DNA of 64,000 bases from Octopus sinensis. Lineage: Eukaryota. The DNA is taken from positions 19,964,001 through 20,028,000 of the forward strand of contig NC_043005.1 of the NCBI RefSeq assembly GCF_006345805.1, written 5' to 3'. This document shows positions 12,761-26,798 of this stretch, piece by piece; positions within the stretch are counted from its first letter, which is position 1; the number at the start of each line of letters is the position of its first letter. The notes below the pieces were generated by a model. That model saw only the letters and a program-made list of their open reading frames with translations, had not been told where the DNA came from and did no database searches. A program made the translations under genes and the position numbers.

Positions 12761-12813
12761 TATTCTGTTATTCTTTTATATGTTTCAGCCTTGAGGTTGT
12801 GGCCATGCTGGAT

Positions 12814-12853
<40 letters not shown>

Positions 12854-13636
12854 TATCTGTCTGTCTGTATGTATGTATATATGTATATGTATGTGTGTGA
12901 ACAATAATATTTTCAACAGATGTGTTGCAAATGTATCTGATTGTTCTCAAGCTTCAATACTGTGTGTGTGTGTATGTGTGTGTGTGTATGTATGTATGTA
13001 TATGTATGTATGTATGTATATGTATGTATGTATGTGTGTATGTATGTATGTGTGTGTGTATGTATGTGTGTGTGTATGTGTGTGTATGTATGTATGTATG
13101 TATGTATGTATGCATGTATGAGTGTATGTTTACTTTATTACTAATTACTCTCTTCCAAGAACATTTTCACTCACTCTTAGCTCTTAGCTTCCCATACATT
13201 TTACTCATGTATCTATCAGCGTCATAGACAGAATACTTTCACTTTAGTCTTCCTCAAATCAGTCTGTCGCTATTTACTTTCATTTTATTCGTTGCCCACT
13301 GTGTGTGTGCGTTTGCATGTGGTGTAAACCAGACTAAGAAAAGCCTTTGACACACACACCAGAATGTGAGTTTTCTGTAAATTTTGCTTAATTGGAGTTT
13401 AAATTTTAAAAACTGGACCTGGCATGACGTGATGCATTGTACTCTCAAAAATGCTAGGTAAATTGTAATTGAAGAAATCCTATATTGTAGATTTGTATAA
13501 CTCCCAAAGGGAGGCAGATAAAATCTGCCTTTTATAATAAGAGATATATATATATATATATATATATATGCTAGCATGGAAAACGGACGCTAAACGATGA
13601 TGATGATGATGATGATTGTACTCACATACACAAACA

Positions 13637-13672
<36 letters not shown>

Positions 13673-13929
13673 AAGATGGTGCCCCAGCATGGCACAGTCT
13701 AAATATTGAAACAATTAAAAGATGAAACATCATTGTTTTAACATCCACTTTTCTATGCTTGCAATGGATCAGATGAAATTCATTGATGCAGGTTTTCCCC
13801 AATTGGCCTCCTTCCTTGTTGCTAAACCATACCTGTTTCCAGGCAAGGTTAATATTTTGACACAAACTTGGAAGACATGCATCTCATACCCAAATCTTCA
13901 GTGATAATGGACTGAACTGAACCATAACT

Positions 13930-14386
13930 AATCTGCACATCCTCTGATAATTCATGGATGGTGATTCAATGATTTCTCCTCACAGCTGCATGCACACCTG
14001 CGATATTTTTCTCAGTTCTGCTGGTTACGGATCTCCCAGAATATTTGTCAAAATCGACATTTTTTAAGCCATGTTGGAAACATCTTATCCACTTGTACAC
14101 TTGTGTACAGCTCATACACTCCTCTCCATACACTTTCTGCAACTTTTCATAGGCCTCTGAACAGGTATCACCATGACCACTTTCTGTCATGGTAAATGCA
14201 ACAATCATATGCTACACACCTTCCTTCCAAGCACTGCTATAAACAGTGAAAGTAAGCTAGAATGTTAAAACTTAGTGCACATGCACAGCAAAGCTCAAGG
14301 TCAATCTGTGCTAAGCGGCTTCACTCTGTATGATTTAGCTTCGTTACTATGGCAACAGTCCGGATACTTATTGATCAGACCTCATA
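13930..14386 (-). mobile_element. Second mariner remnant with 5' TIR
   Basis: EAYEKLQKVYGEECMSCTQVYKWIRCF...SGRSVTSRT HTH region. The minus strand begins TA|TGAGGTCTGATCAATAAGTATCCGGACT (TIR ~14357-14384). Confidence 0.8.
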
Positions 14387-15984
14387 TGTAGCTATCTCAG
14401 AATACTGAGCGTGCCTATCACTCCTCCCCTATCGCATATTCTTTACTTCTCACTTTGCAAAAAGATTGGCAAGCAAGCAGAGACATGGATTACTAAGGTC
14501 CCTTTAATTGTACTGAGTACATGGCTACCTCTGAGGATTACACACCCAATACACTTTGCAAAGTGTAAGGTTGCGTACATCCTTTAGTTATGTTGAGAAC
14601 ATGACAATTTTCTCATGCTGGGTGCTATGAAAAAGCACCCAATACACTCTAAAGTGGTTGGTGTTAGGAAGGACATCCAACCAAGCCAAAAATGAAATAC
14701 GAGCAAAATGATGTCGCCCAGCCTATCTAGGTAAACAACATGGGCTGAGTCCAACTGTGACAACCTATCCTACCATGCCAGCAAGGAAGTGAATGTAAAA
14801 CAATTATAGTAGTAGTAGCATCAGCTGTGACAACATGCCTTTATCAATACATGCTTGATATTGCTTTATGAACGTAGTGTTAGAGTTTATTCAGACCAGC
14901 TTCCTCCTCAGTAGCTAGGTTGTAGAGAAATGATACTACAAATATAGTACCAAGCTACTAACTCTTAACTTGTGAGTTCAAATCCACTGCAAGTGTTTTC
15001 CTATTTATGGGTACAGCACTTCACTCTACATTACTTCAAGTTCATCAGTTCTTCCATACCCAAACCCTCTCTGTTTTAATTGAGTTAATTATCCATCAGC
15101 TTAATAAGTTCTTTCTCATATCAGTGTAGTTGTCTCTGTCTCACTTCAGTTATCTCTCTCTCTCACCTCCCTCTCTCTCTCATCCCCCTCTCTCTCTCTT
15201 TCCTTCTTTCTCAGTTCAACTAACCCTACTCCAGTTCAATCAGTTTACCCACCATTCAGTTATTTTTATTTCATGTGGTCACTGTATATGTACTACTACT
15301 CTATATTTGATGCATCTCAACTCTCCTGGTTCTACTTGAGATACCACAGTAACTATTGTGTACCCTATTATTTGTGCTGAGTGCACAGTTTTATTGATTT
15401 CTTGCCTAACATACTTCTCAACAGGTGATCTCCCAGTGTGTTACACCCCTTACAATATATCATGTACTATTGCTGACATGTTGGTTAGTTTTTGCTGTAT
15501 GGAACCATTGGATAAGAGTGTTTGAGAAAGGGACTTGAATTCATTGCAATGGTAGCAATGGCAATAACTGAATCTCTAGTGGTTTCAATCATGAGAATTC
15601 AGTCATCCAATCAAATCCACTCAAACAATTACCTACTCAATGGTATGTGACTGAACATCCTACTGACACATGTACTCTTAAGAATCTGTATGACATAGTG
15701 TATGACAAAGCTGTAATTTTTAAATTACTGGTGCAAACCATCTTTTGGGCACAATTTCCATCTTTCTAATTTCATTCACAAATTATGGATTCACCTGAGG
15801 TAATGTGAAAATATACTTTGTAGAAATGGTTGTGAAAATGGATGTTGTAGTATTGGTAATAGTAGCCATGGTGTTGGTTGTGGTTTTGGTGGTGGAAGCA
15901 ATGCTAATAGTTGTTGTGATAGTGGTAGTAGTAACAGTGATGGAAATAGTTGTGATATTGGTGGTAGAAATGGTGGTATTAGTT

Positions 15985-16320
15985 GAAGGCGCATGGCTCA
16001 GTGGTTAGAGCGTCGAGCTTACGATCATGAGGTTGTGAGCTTGAATCCCGGACTGGGATGCGTGTTGTGTTCTTGAGCAAGACACTTTATTTCACGTTGC
16101 TCCAGTTCACTCAGCTGTAGAAATGAGTTGCGATGTCACGAGTGCCAAGCTGTATCGGCCTTTGCCTTTCCCTTGGATAACACTGGTGGCGTGGAGAGGG
16201 GAGGCCGGTATGCATGGGCGACTGCTGGTCTTCCATAAACAACCATGCCCAGACTTGTGACTAGGAGGGTAACTTTCTAGGTGCAATCCCATGGTCAGTG
16301 TCGTGACCGAAGGGGGTCCC
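15985..16320 (+). mobile_element. tRNA-derived SINE (CORE-like middle)
   Basis: A box TGGCTCAGTGGTTAGAGC, degenerate B box, then tgtgttcttgagcaagacactt...gttgctccagttcactcagctgtagaaatgagt. Confidence 0.8.
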
Positions 16321-17757
16321 GGATCCCGGATGGTACTAATAGTTAGTGGTGGTACCAATAGTTCTAATGGCTGTGGTACCTGTTGAGAAACTGGTATTGG
16401 TTGCAGTTATAGCTGTAGCAATGACATTGTTTGACCCTAAGTCAACACTAATCAGGGAAGTCTGTGATCAAAAGCATGGCAACTATACCCATCTCGTGTT
16501 ACTTCTCCCCACCCCCGCCCCATTTCTGTGACTACATTAGTCAATGTGTTCTTCTTTTCCATCAGACAGAAGAATATGATTTGAAAGAAAGTTGACTGCT
16601 ATATCTAGCAGATCAAGTGACCATTAGTTTGTTGTCATACTCATAATACGACAGGTGAAAGTGGTGCTGTTAGTGACAGCAGGGTGGTTTTCATGATGAT
16701 AGTGCCACGAGTTTATTACTAGGGGCACTAGTAATAATAATATAGTGATAGCAGTAGTAGCCACTGCTATTATTTCTATCACTATTACCACTATCTTTAC
16801 TATTACTATCAGTTCTGGGTGGTAGCAGTAGAAGGAGAGGAGTGGGTAACCCTAAAATATGAATGAACCACCAACAAACGAAGCTCTCAGCCTGATTTTC
16901 ACTCCCATATGCAGCTCTTTCATCCATATATTTAATTAAAGCCCTTGACAAAAGTCTGAATATCACAGCATTTTGTTATTTCATTTCCTCTCAAAACAGA
17001 CTGTGAACCTGCTAGAAATAACAGCAACATTCTTCTCGCATAACACTCTGCCATTGTTTTGAAAGGACACAAACTGTACAAAAAGATGGGATAGAGGCAG
17101 TCATGGCTGGAATGTCTCTGATCAGGCATCATAGATCTAATTGATTGAGATGGCTTGGGGATGAGCAAAAACACCTGCTGGTTCGCACCTTTACAAGAAA
17201 TGCACAAAATATAATTGATATAATTATCATATTACTGAAAAGCTGTGTTTCTCTGTGTGTGTGTGTGTGTGCGCGCGCACACAGGCACGTGTGTACATAT
17301 GTGTGTGCATGTGTCTATATATATAGGTTTGTAAGAGGGTAGGTGTTTTCTATTGTGTAAGTAATAACTGATTTTGCAAGTTTTATGTCCAGTGTTTATT
17401 GATGAATGAAATTATAATCCTTTTATATACTTTTATTTGTGTGTGTCTGTATATATTGCAAATTAAACTTATATATATATGAATATATATATATGTGTGT
17501 GTGTGTGTACATTGTGAGTATGTATGAATGTCTATGTGTGTATATGTATCGCTGTACTAAAAGGGGGATTAAATATTTATATCCAATATATATATACACA
17601 GCTATATATACAAAAGATTATCAATCATAAATCTGAACATATATTCTGGTTTATTTATATATATATTAAATACAACCAATGTTACACATTTATGAGCTGG
17701 AGGGTATGTAATGGAACACCAAACACACACTCATACAGACGTGCATGCATGTGTGTA

Positions 17758-17811
<54 letters not shown>

Positions 17812-18508
17812 TATCATCATCATCATATATATATATATTGTATATCTTTATCTGATGAATACAAACTAAAGTGATTACTCAATAGTAAGTTAATAGAGTG
17901 GAAATGTATTAAAGAGGAGATATTCACAATAAATTATTGATTGAAATGTTTGTCACTGGGCGAGCTAAACTGGATATTGGATTCTATGTTTGTGTGAGTG
18001 TTTGTGTGTGTGTGTGTGTGTGTGTGCGCGCGCACACACACGCATGCATAAAAGCATGCTGTGTGCATATATGTTTCTCTATGTATATATAAAGTAACCA
18101 CTAGAGCCACTTTATTACAAAGCTTCTATGCAACAAGTACTCCTGGGTATTTTTCCCTATTCTTTTAAAACATATGTATCTATATATATATATATATATA
18201 TATATTGAATGAGGCAGCTATTTGCTACATCAGTAAATGTTTTATTTATTTTTCTCCTATATCAGAGGTAATGAACTCTTGTCTAACCACGTGGCTGGCT
18301 ACAAATACATGCCAATGGAAAGCCCTGAAAAGATCAAAATGCTCCTGGCATTCTCACTGGCCTCTGAGAGGACAAATTTTCATTTCCTTCTGGTAATTAT
18401 TGTATTTTAAGTACAGCAAGGCCATAAGAGACGTTATCTCAGGACAAATACTACAGTAAGTGACCAATTGACACAACATATACATTAAGTATGATACATA
18501 GATGGATA

Positions 18509-19673
18509 TAGGGTGTGTCAGATTTCTGAGGACCTTTGTATGAATTTAGAAAAGGATGCATAGCTCATCAAAGAAAAACTCTTTTTGAAAGCAAATTGAT
18601 ACAAATAATCATGAATCCACTGTAAACATCAATGATTGTTGCTTCAATATAGGGTTAATATAGGGTAGAAATGCCTGAATCAGATGATCTTTATCAATTT
18701 TGGACATATTGCTGGTTATGGGTGGACTTGAGAGATTGTGTGGTGTTATGGGGGTGTTTGACCTCCCTCTCAGCTATGCCCTACATATAATAGTCCAATG
18801 GATTGAGGTCTGGTGAGCTAGGAGGTCGTATGTCTGAGAGAATATGATAATGGAGATTGGCACGCATCCATGCTTGGGTTGTCCCAGCCTTATGACACAG
18901 TGCAGGGTATTGTTGGAAGACATGGTTTTCTGTTGTATATGCTGTCTATTCAGAGCCTCACAACTTTCTCCATCTCCATCAGTACTCATTACTCCCAGAA
19001 TCATAACAGTTGGTGGTAACTTAGTATGCATGACCATTGGAATCTTATTTGGATCTCTGTATAACCATCTGTCATTCCGTCAGTTTACCTTTTGGCCTTG
19101 ATTGAAGTTTTTCTCATTAGAGAAAAACCAAAGCAGTCCAGCCTCTTGGTGTTTTAACTTGTTTAGCAGGTACTTTGCATGGATCAAGTGATTCTCTGTT
19201 GTTACATCTACCATAAACTGTTCCCTCTACATCACATACAACTTGTACTGGATGTCCTCATGCACAACTCTTCTGATGGTGCATTCTGAAACCTTAAGGT
19301 CCTTTGCAGTGGCTCTGATTGACTTTCCAGGCTTTATATTGATTATTTGTTGAACTTTTTGTACAAAGTTGTGTGTTCTGATGGCATTAGGACTCTGTGC
19401 ATGCATTTTGTGTTTAGCTGCTGATGTTGAATTTCCTTCAGGAGCTTCTAGCTTCTTTCGAACTTTGACAGTGAAGGATTGGGAAACTTTCAAGAAGTGA
19501 GCTAGCTCTGTGTCACTATGTAACACTTTTAAGACAACGATTACAGCATGCTCTTTCATTTGCTGAGTTAACCTGATGTCTGACATTATTTATCTGAAAA
19601 GTAAGGTAAGAAAAAATAAATTAGAAGAAAGTTAGAGCTCTTCAAAGAGGCATCTTCAAAGTGACATGCCCTG
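18509..19673 (-). mobile_element. Near-complete decayed Tc1/mariner-superfamily element, maT (DD37D)-like
   Basis: HTH ORF 19227-19586, VMHTKLPPTVMILGVMSTDGD, QQ..ALCHKA..TQAW, PPSSPDLNPLDY, and TIR remnants (C/T)AGGG(TG/CA)TGTCA at both ends. Confidence 0.75.
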
Positions 19674-20592
19674 TGTGTGTATGTGTGTTATAGTCAAAGG
19701 AAACAGAGTAGTACCTACGAACTGTTTAAAGGCCTCTGATACCAATGGGAAGAAGTTATGCTCATACCAGGGACCTAAACCAAATGCTTGCAGTAAAGTG
19801 GACTCCACTAAAATCCTTGTGGATCAAAATCTACTGTTAAACCAGGCCACAGACTACCATCCTTGAATAAAAACAGTCACACAGACTGGTTTCTACACAT
19901 ATTCTACACAGTCTGCCAAGTCCTACTTACAAGGCTGTTTTTGACTCGAGACTATGATAGAAGACATTTGCTGCATTTGCTGTGTAGTGATATTGAACCT
20001 GAAACCATGGGGAGTAAACATCTTAACCACATGATCATACCTGCAACCATACACTGATACATATATGAACACATATATTAGCACATACATTCATATACTT
20101 ACTCACAAACTATTTACGTACACATGTGGTAGGATCTCACAAATTTAATAAAGTATGTTGACAAGCTTCAAATTATTCATGCAATGAATAGATAAAAACT
20201 TCCTTTGTGAGATGTCTAAAAATATCTTTAAAACAAGACGAGAGAGACAAATCCAATAAAATTTACTGTAATTTTGGAAAATATAAAAAACGCAGTAAGG
20301 GAATAGGTTAAGTCTTTAGGCCAACTGGTAAAGGTAACAAACATATTTCAGTCTTATTTAAACCACCTCAGCAAACATACTTTGTTGATAATATTTATCG
20401 TTGTACATTCATTTTAGGGGTCTTGCAAGTTACTTGATGATATCACTACTGCTGGTGCTATATAAAAAGCACCCAGTGCGCTCTGTAAAGTGATCAATGT
20501 TAGGAAGGGCATCCAGCTGTAGAAGCCATGCCAAAACAGACAGGAGATCTTGGTACAGTCTTCTCTCTGCACATGTGTATGAGTGTGTGTGT

Positions 20593-20626
<34 letters not shown>

Positions 20627-20884
20627 TGTGCAATGGTGTGTGCAATAAATTGTCAGTCACACACCCATATGTGTGCCATGCCCGCAGTAGTGTTTGTGTA
20701 GCAGTATTGATGGAATTAATGATGGTTATGAGTGTGTGTGAGTGTGAGTGTCTACCTGTACATACAAATATACATGGTAATAGTGATGAGTACAATGGAG
20801 ATGGTTGTAGAAGCTGGAGTATTAACGATGATTATAGTGTTAGTGATGATAATGATGTTGGTGATTATAGTGCCAGAAGTGGTG

Positions 20885-20916
<32 letters not shown>

Positions 20917-21029
20917 GGTGGTGGTGATGATAATCTCACCTGTCTGTAGATAAAAAGAAAAATAACCAGCTGATAGCTTTGTGACATGGTTGGTAGTTGT
21001 AGTGGCTATAATGGTGCTAATTATAGTGG

Positions 21030-21060
<31 letters not shown>

Positions 21061-21852
21061 GGTGGTGGTGGTGGTGGTGGTTCAGAGATTTGTGGTTGGT
21101 TTGAGTGCACTCGAGTCTATGGAGAGAACACTGGAGGTGAATGTGTACTGAAGAGAAAGGTATTAATGGTATGGATTAAAACTGTCCCTACCACCACTCC
21201 ATCGTCAATACCTCCTGTTGTTAATGTTAATGTGTTTGTAGTGGTTATATTGTTGTTGTAAAGAAATTTGTGGTAGTGGTGGTGGTCACAGTATGGAAAA
21301 AAACCATCGTGGACAATAGTATTTGTTGTTATTTAACTTTAGCCTTCCAGCTGTGACCATTTATGCTATTTTGAAGCAATATCCAATCTATCCATCCTTG
21401 TTGTTATTTGTTAATACTTGATCAGTCCTCATCCTATGATCAAAGATATTCTTCCCATGACTACCCTGCTTGATTTTTTACACAGTATATCTAGGATTAT
21501 ATTATACTATGTGCCCTTTCCTTTTTTTCAAAATGGTAGGGACTTTTTGTATTTTCCAGTTATAGAATATTCCAGATTACATTTTCTAGTGTTCATTTTT
21601 TTAAGACAGTTAGTTAAGGTTTGAGAGAGATTTTGCTGTTATTTCTAGCAGATTAAATGACTCTGTGGTGGTTTCCTCTCTGTTCTTTGTTGATGGTAGT
21701 AAATGTTAAATATGTTTCTAAACCCATTAAGTAGCTGGAGCTAACTTTCTGTTTTAATAGCACTGAGTAAATGAAGTTGGAATATTCTCTTGAACAGGAC
21801 ACCAGTCTGTCTTGATTAAATGTCCTGATACCTACTGCCAACAGCTGATTAA

Positions 21853-22075
21853 CCCTTTTGATACCAGCCTGACTGAAACCATCTCTGGCCCTGTAGTACA
21901 AATGTCTTGTTTTCAAAAGTTCTGAATTAAAATCTTCTACCAAACCTTGGTCACAACTTATGTTCCTAACACTAGCTTAATGATAACTAAGTTGCTTTGC
22001 TAAATTCTTTGTTATATTTTAAATTAATCAAAAGAAACACAGAGCATCTCAACAGAAATATAGTAACATGAAGGG
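21853..22075. mobile_element. piggyBac-type MITE (223 bp)
   Basis: TTAA|CCCTTTTGATAC ... GTAACATGAAGGG|TTAA. Confidence 0.65.
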
Positions 22076-22974
22076 TTAAGCTGTGCCACATAAACATAGC
22101 TACTGCTGCTGCTGTTGCTGCTGCTGTTGCTGCTGCTGTTATTGATGATAGTGGTAGTGGTGATGTCAACAACAGCATTTTGCCTCAAGACAGCTCTGAT
22201 TGAGCTGACCTTGTAAATAGGAACAAGCTCTGATGGGGCAAATTAAGATCAAGGGCATGTCCTTTAAAAACGGTATTGTTTTCATCTGTGGAAGATTTGA
22301 AATGTATTAAACAAATATAAAGTGAAATTCCTATAATGTATTTGAGCTCCACAATGTATATGAAGTGTTGCTCTGATATCCAATTTGTCCAATCATCCCA
22401 CCACTATGAGTAGTGATGTTAATGGGAATTTTGAATCTAGGAGAGCTTTCCAGTTGCGTCCTTAGTTTTGCCTTCATGTTATTGGCTAGATGAATCTAGA
22501 TCTCATCTCTTGTACTCATGGATAGGACTCTAGTCTGTCGCAGATAACATCTAAAACAATAATTGAAATTATTCCCTATCAGACACCAGCTGATATTTCT
22601 CTAGTATCTACTGAATGCCTAATTATCTATTGATAATCTTGAGAAGTTCTTTCCAGAATAATATTTCAGATTATTTAGTGGTTGCTTTTCCTGCCAACAG
22701 CTTGATGAGCTTCCAGGTTAAGATTAAGATTAGATATAAGTTTAGATCTAAGATTAGGGTTAGAGTTATTATTAATTATCTTTACACAGAGTTAAGGGTA
22801 GAGTTAGAGTTATTGTCATATATTAAGCCAAGTAAGCTAAATAAAGGATTTGCAGACAAAAATATCAAAAGTACCTGCCTGTCGTCTTTTAAGGAAAACT
22901 ATCCTCAAGACAATCAATTTCTTCTTAATTTTAGTATATTGTGCTTGACTTGATTATAAATAATGACTATCTTT

Positions 22975-23335
22975 TTTCTTTTACTTGTTTCAGTCATTAG
23001 ACTGTGGCCATGCTGTGGACCACCTTGAAAAATTTTAGTCAAATAAATAGACCCCAGTACTTTTTTTAAGCCTAGTACTTATTCAGTTGGTTCCTTTTGC
23101 CAAACCGTTAAGTTATGGAGATGTAAACACACCAACAATGGTTGTCAAGTGGGATGGGGAACAAACACTGACACAAAGAAACACACACACACACACACAC
23201 ATAGAGAGAGATGTGTGTGTGTGTGTGTGTGACAGAGTTTTTGCAGTTTCCATCTACCAAATCCAGTCATAAGCTTTTGATGCCCGGAGGTTATAGGAGA
23301 AGACACCTGCCCTAGTGAAACTGAACCTAGAACAC
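22975..23335 (-). mobile_element. CORE-like SINE, same family as 10656-11055
   Basis: ttacttgtttcagtcatt..gactgtggccatgct tail. Other pieces at about 4895-5030(+), 7395-7570(-), 25880-26090(-), 26520-26710(-), 44820-45170(+), 61105-61240(-) and 63250-63385(-). Confidence 0.7.
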
Positions 23336-23719
23336 CTACACCTATTGTAGGTATACAGTATTGTAGATACAGACATCATAAAGATATAGTTTTAAAAAAA
23401 AGTAAATAGATGGAGGCAAAATAGGCAAAAAGAACTCAAAAGCAAAAATATTCTGAAACATACTATCATCACAGTCATCATTTGATGGCTGTTTTTCTGT
23501 GCTGGTATGGATCGGTTGGGTCTCACAATATCTTGCAATTCATCTCAAACCATTGTGCAGATTTCCCCACTATCACTTTTAACAAAGCAATCAGGAGGTG
23601 TTCCTCTGTCTGTACACACACACACATGCATACATATATAAATATATTTAAATACACATACATATACATGCTATATTCCATATCTAGGAATATCTACAGC
23701 AAGTGGTGTTCTTAACACT

Positions 23720-24160
23720 AGCAAAAGAGGTTGTGTGGTAGATGAGGCTGAAATCATTCTGTGGAGAAGAAGGTGCTTTCCCCTTGTGAATTTGTTAAAA
23801 AGTGGGTGACTATGGCATAAATGGTGAATGGAACTACTCCAAACGTGTTTTGTTGATTGGAGAACAACTGTTGAATGAAGACTTGTGCTTTTGGTGGTCA
23901 GGTTAATCACTAACATCTGAGGTTTCTTCATTGGCCCTAAGTGAAGGTTCTGTATTAGAAGAACTGCGTCATACTTGTGTCCACATATTTTGCATATTAT
24001 GTATACATTTTATCTCCTTTCTACTTCTCCCTCTTTTCTCATCTTTTTATGTAAATCCCCCACACAAATTGTAAACTGTCCTTGTAATGTTGCTCTCATC
24101 TGATGTCCCTGTGGCAAATAAAAGAAATTGTTGGTTTTGTTGTTGTTGTTATTATTATGT
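23720..24160 (+). mobile_element. Possible L1/Tx1-like LINE 3' end
   Basis: CEFVKKWVTMA*MVNG resembles an ORF2 end, followed by a pyrimidine-rich 3' UTR, aataaaag and a (TTG)n tail. Weak homology. Confidence 0.35.
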
Positions 24161-24695
24161 GACAGAAATGGCTATATTTCTTTAGTTACTTGCCTACTTC
24201 ACGAATGTAATTATTACCCAGCCAAGTGTGATAGCCTAAATATCATATGCATCAGAAATATATTAGAAATATTGGAGAAAGAAGAATGCTTGAAGAATAT
24301 ATATATATATACATGCACACACACACACACACACACATACATACACATATTAATATTGGAATTATTGGAGAAAAAAAATATATATATATATATATACACA
24401 TGCACACACATATGTATGTTTAAATACACACACATATACACATACATGTTATATTCCATATCTAAGAATATCTACAGCAAGTGGTGTTCTTAACACTAAC
24501 AATTAAAGTGCACATATGTTGTATGCCAAGATTTCTGACTTTCGTCAAGTCTGCTTTTAGTGAGATATTCAAAGCTTGTTATTGTTAGTATGATTATAAA
24601 ATGATAAGCAACAGCAAAGAAAAGTTACACAGAATCCAAATGAAAATTTTTTTTAAATTACTCCTACTACTACTTACAATAGTAATAATAATAAT

Positions 24696-25010
24696 CCTTT
24701 CTACTATAGGCACAAGACCTGAAATTTGGTGGGAGGTGGGAGCCAGTCGATTAGATCAACCCCAGTATGCAACTGTTACTTAATTTATTGACCCCAAAAT
24801 AATAATACAATAATCCCTATTAATATTCCTATAATTTATAAATCCTTAATTTCAGTACGTAATCATTACCATGCAACTGAATGAATCTAACTAGCATAGA
24901 TAACCCCAAAGTAGCCAAAATGATAAAAGGCAAAGTCGACCTTGGCAGAATTTGAACTCAGAACATAAAGATGGGCCGGCATACTAATGATTCTGCCAGC
25001 TTGCCATCTT
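24696..25010 (-). mobile_element. Nin/Deu-like SINE subfamily B inside (TAA)n
   Basis: Reverse complement of head agctggcagaatc, B box gagttcaaattc and tail gcctatagtagaaagg; about 100 bp internal insertion. Confidence 0.75.
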
Positions 25011-25068
25011 ATAATTATTGATAATAACAACAACAATAATAATAATAATGATAATAATAATAATAGTA

Positions 25069-25263
25069 GCCAAAACACCTGGACTTACAACTATATATAA
25101 CATACAGAAAATAGCACTACTAAACATTGCACACATCCTATGTAAAACACTTTCAATACATTGAAAATAAGAGCGCCACAACAAACCACAGCACATACCC
25201 AAAGCACACAGAGATGCACTCGGTAGTGCAGTGAAAGCACATGATTAAAATAAGACTACTGAA
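25069..25263 (+). mobile_element. R4/Dong-type RLE LINE 3' end
   Basis: KTPGLTTIYNIQKIALLNIAHILCKTLSIH* plus a 3' UTR matching the 35304 copy; (TAA)n on both sides. Confidence 0.8.
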
Positions 25264-25264
25264 C

Positions 25265-25295
<31 letters not shown>

Positions 25296-25301
25296 GTAAT
25301 A

Positions 25302-25850
25302 TACCATGATGCAGTACCAGGCAGTGGCTTCTGATCTTAACTGATTGGAAGTGTTATCACGTACATTGTTTTGTCTTGGTATAAAAGATGGGCTACAGCA
25401 AATATTCTGTTCAATACCACAGATTTGCTTGTCAGCTGTTTGACCTTAACTACTTGAGCATGTCCCTTAGTGGCTGACGATATGCGCATCTCTGATCATG
25501 AGTAGAAGTAGTGGGGGAGCATCATAGCCATGTGTTAAGAGGAATTCTTTGGGGTTTGGATAATTCACCTCTGGAAACATAGGTGTTTCGTTCAACATCC
25601 TTAAATAACCCTTATTCAGGGACCTTCTGAGCAAAATAGGCTACTCAATCTGAAGAAAATTCTAACTGGGCCCCCACCTGCAAGGTCATGTGCTGTTGAT
25701 CATGATATGAGATCACCATGTTATGCACATATGGTTGTGATGCATGTGGTTGTGTACCCTTATCAGACAGGTAGTCATGATGGGTATACTAGACTTTGTA
25801 TATTTCTATCCCTGTATTACTTTGATAGTATGCGCTGCTCTCTCACTCAA
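25302..25850 (-). mobile_element. Unclassified ~560-bp element X (full length)
   Basis: Reverse-complement match along the whole length to 48311-48870 with the same two termini; embedded in (TAA)n. Confidence 0.8.
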
Positions 25851-26151
25851 TAATAATAATAATAATAATAATATTCTTTTACTGTCATATTTGTTTTAAT
25901 CATTGGACTATGACCATGCTGGGGCACAACCTTGAAATGTTTAGTCAACCAAATCAACCTAGCATTTATTTTAGATCTGCTTTGTATAGTGTTGATCTCC
26001 TTTTGCTAAACCACTAAGTCATGGGAACATACAAAGATCAGCACTAGTTATGAAGCAGTGAGAAGTAAGCACACCTGCTTTTCCATGTGTGTGTACGTGT
26101 GTTTGTACGTATGTGTATATATGTGTGTTAGTGTGTGCATGTGCACATGTG

Positions 26152-26468
26152 CATCATCATCATCATCATCATCATATCATTTAACGTCCGCTTCCATGCT
26201 AGCATGGGTTGGACGGTTCAACTGGGGTCTGGGGAGCCCGAAAGCTGCACCAGTCAGTCAGATCTGGCAGTGTTTCTACAGTGGATGCCCTTCCTAACGC
26301 CAACCACTCCGAGAGTGTAGTGGTGATTTTATGTGCCACCGACACAGTGCCAGACGAGGCTGGCAAACGCCACGCTCGGATGGTGTTTTTTTATGTGCCA
26401 CCGACACAGGTGCCAGACGAGGCTGGCCGACGGCCACGCTCGGATGGTGTTTTTATGTGCCACCGACA
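26152..26468 (-). mobile_element. RTE-type 3' UTR with about three copies of the 60-bp unit
   Basis: Same tail and unit as 9204-9640. Confidence 0.8.
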
Positions 26469-26736
26469 CATATATATATATATAATATATATATATATAT
26501 ATACACACACACATAAATATACACACACTTACACATGACAGGCTTCCACACAGTTTCCATTGATCAAAGTCACTCATAGTATATTGGTCAAGACCAAGCT
26601 ATAATAAAAGATGCTTACCCATGGTGCTACACAGTGAGACCAACCCCCAAACCTCATCATTGTGAAGTTGCTAAGCAAACTTCTAAACGACACAGCCATG
26701 GTAGTGCCTATTCATACTGTGTTATGCAAAAGAAAA

Positions 26737-26798
<62 letters not shown>

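Noticed and set aside
15988-16060. tRNA gene candidates (also 46975-47044 and 10656-10730)
   Set aside because: The A/B boxes run directly into SINE bodies and there is no complete acceptor stem, so these are SINE heads.
16713-16737. 10-bp perfect inverted repeat TTATTACTAG-gggca-CTAGTAATAA
   Set aside because: It is short, AT-rich and adjacent to a TAA run, with no other support.
22720-22812. TTAGGG-like degenerate repeats as interstitial telomere
   Set aside because: Only one exact unit; more likely low-complexity sequence within an old repeat.
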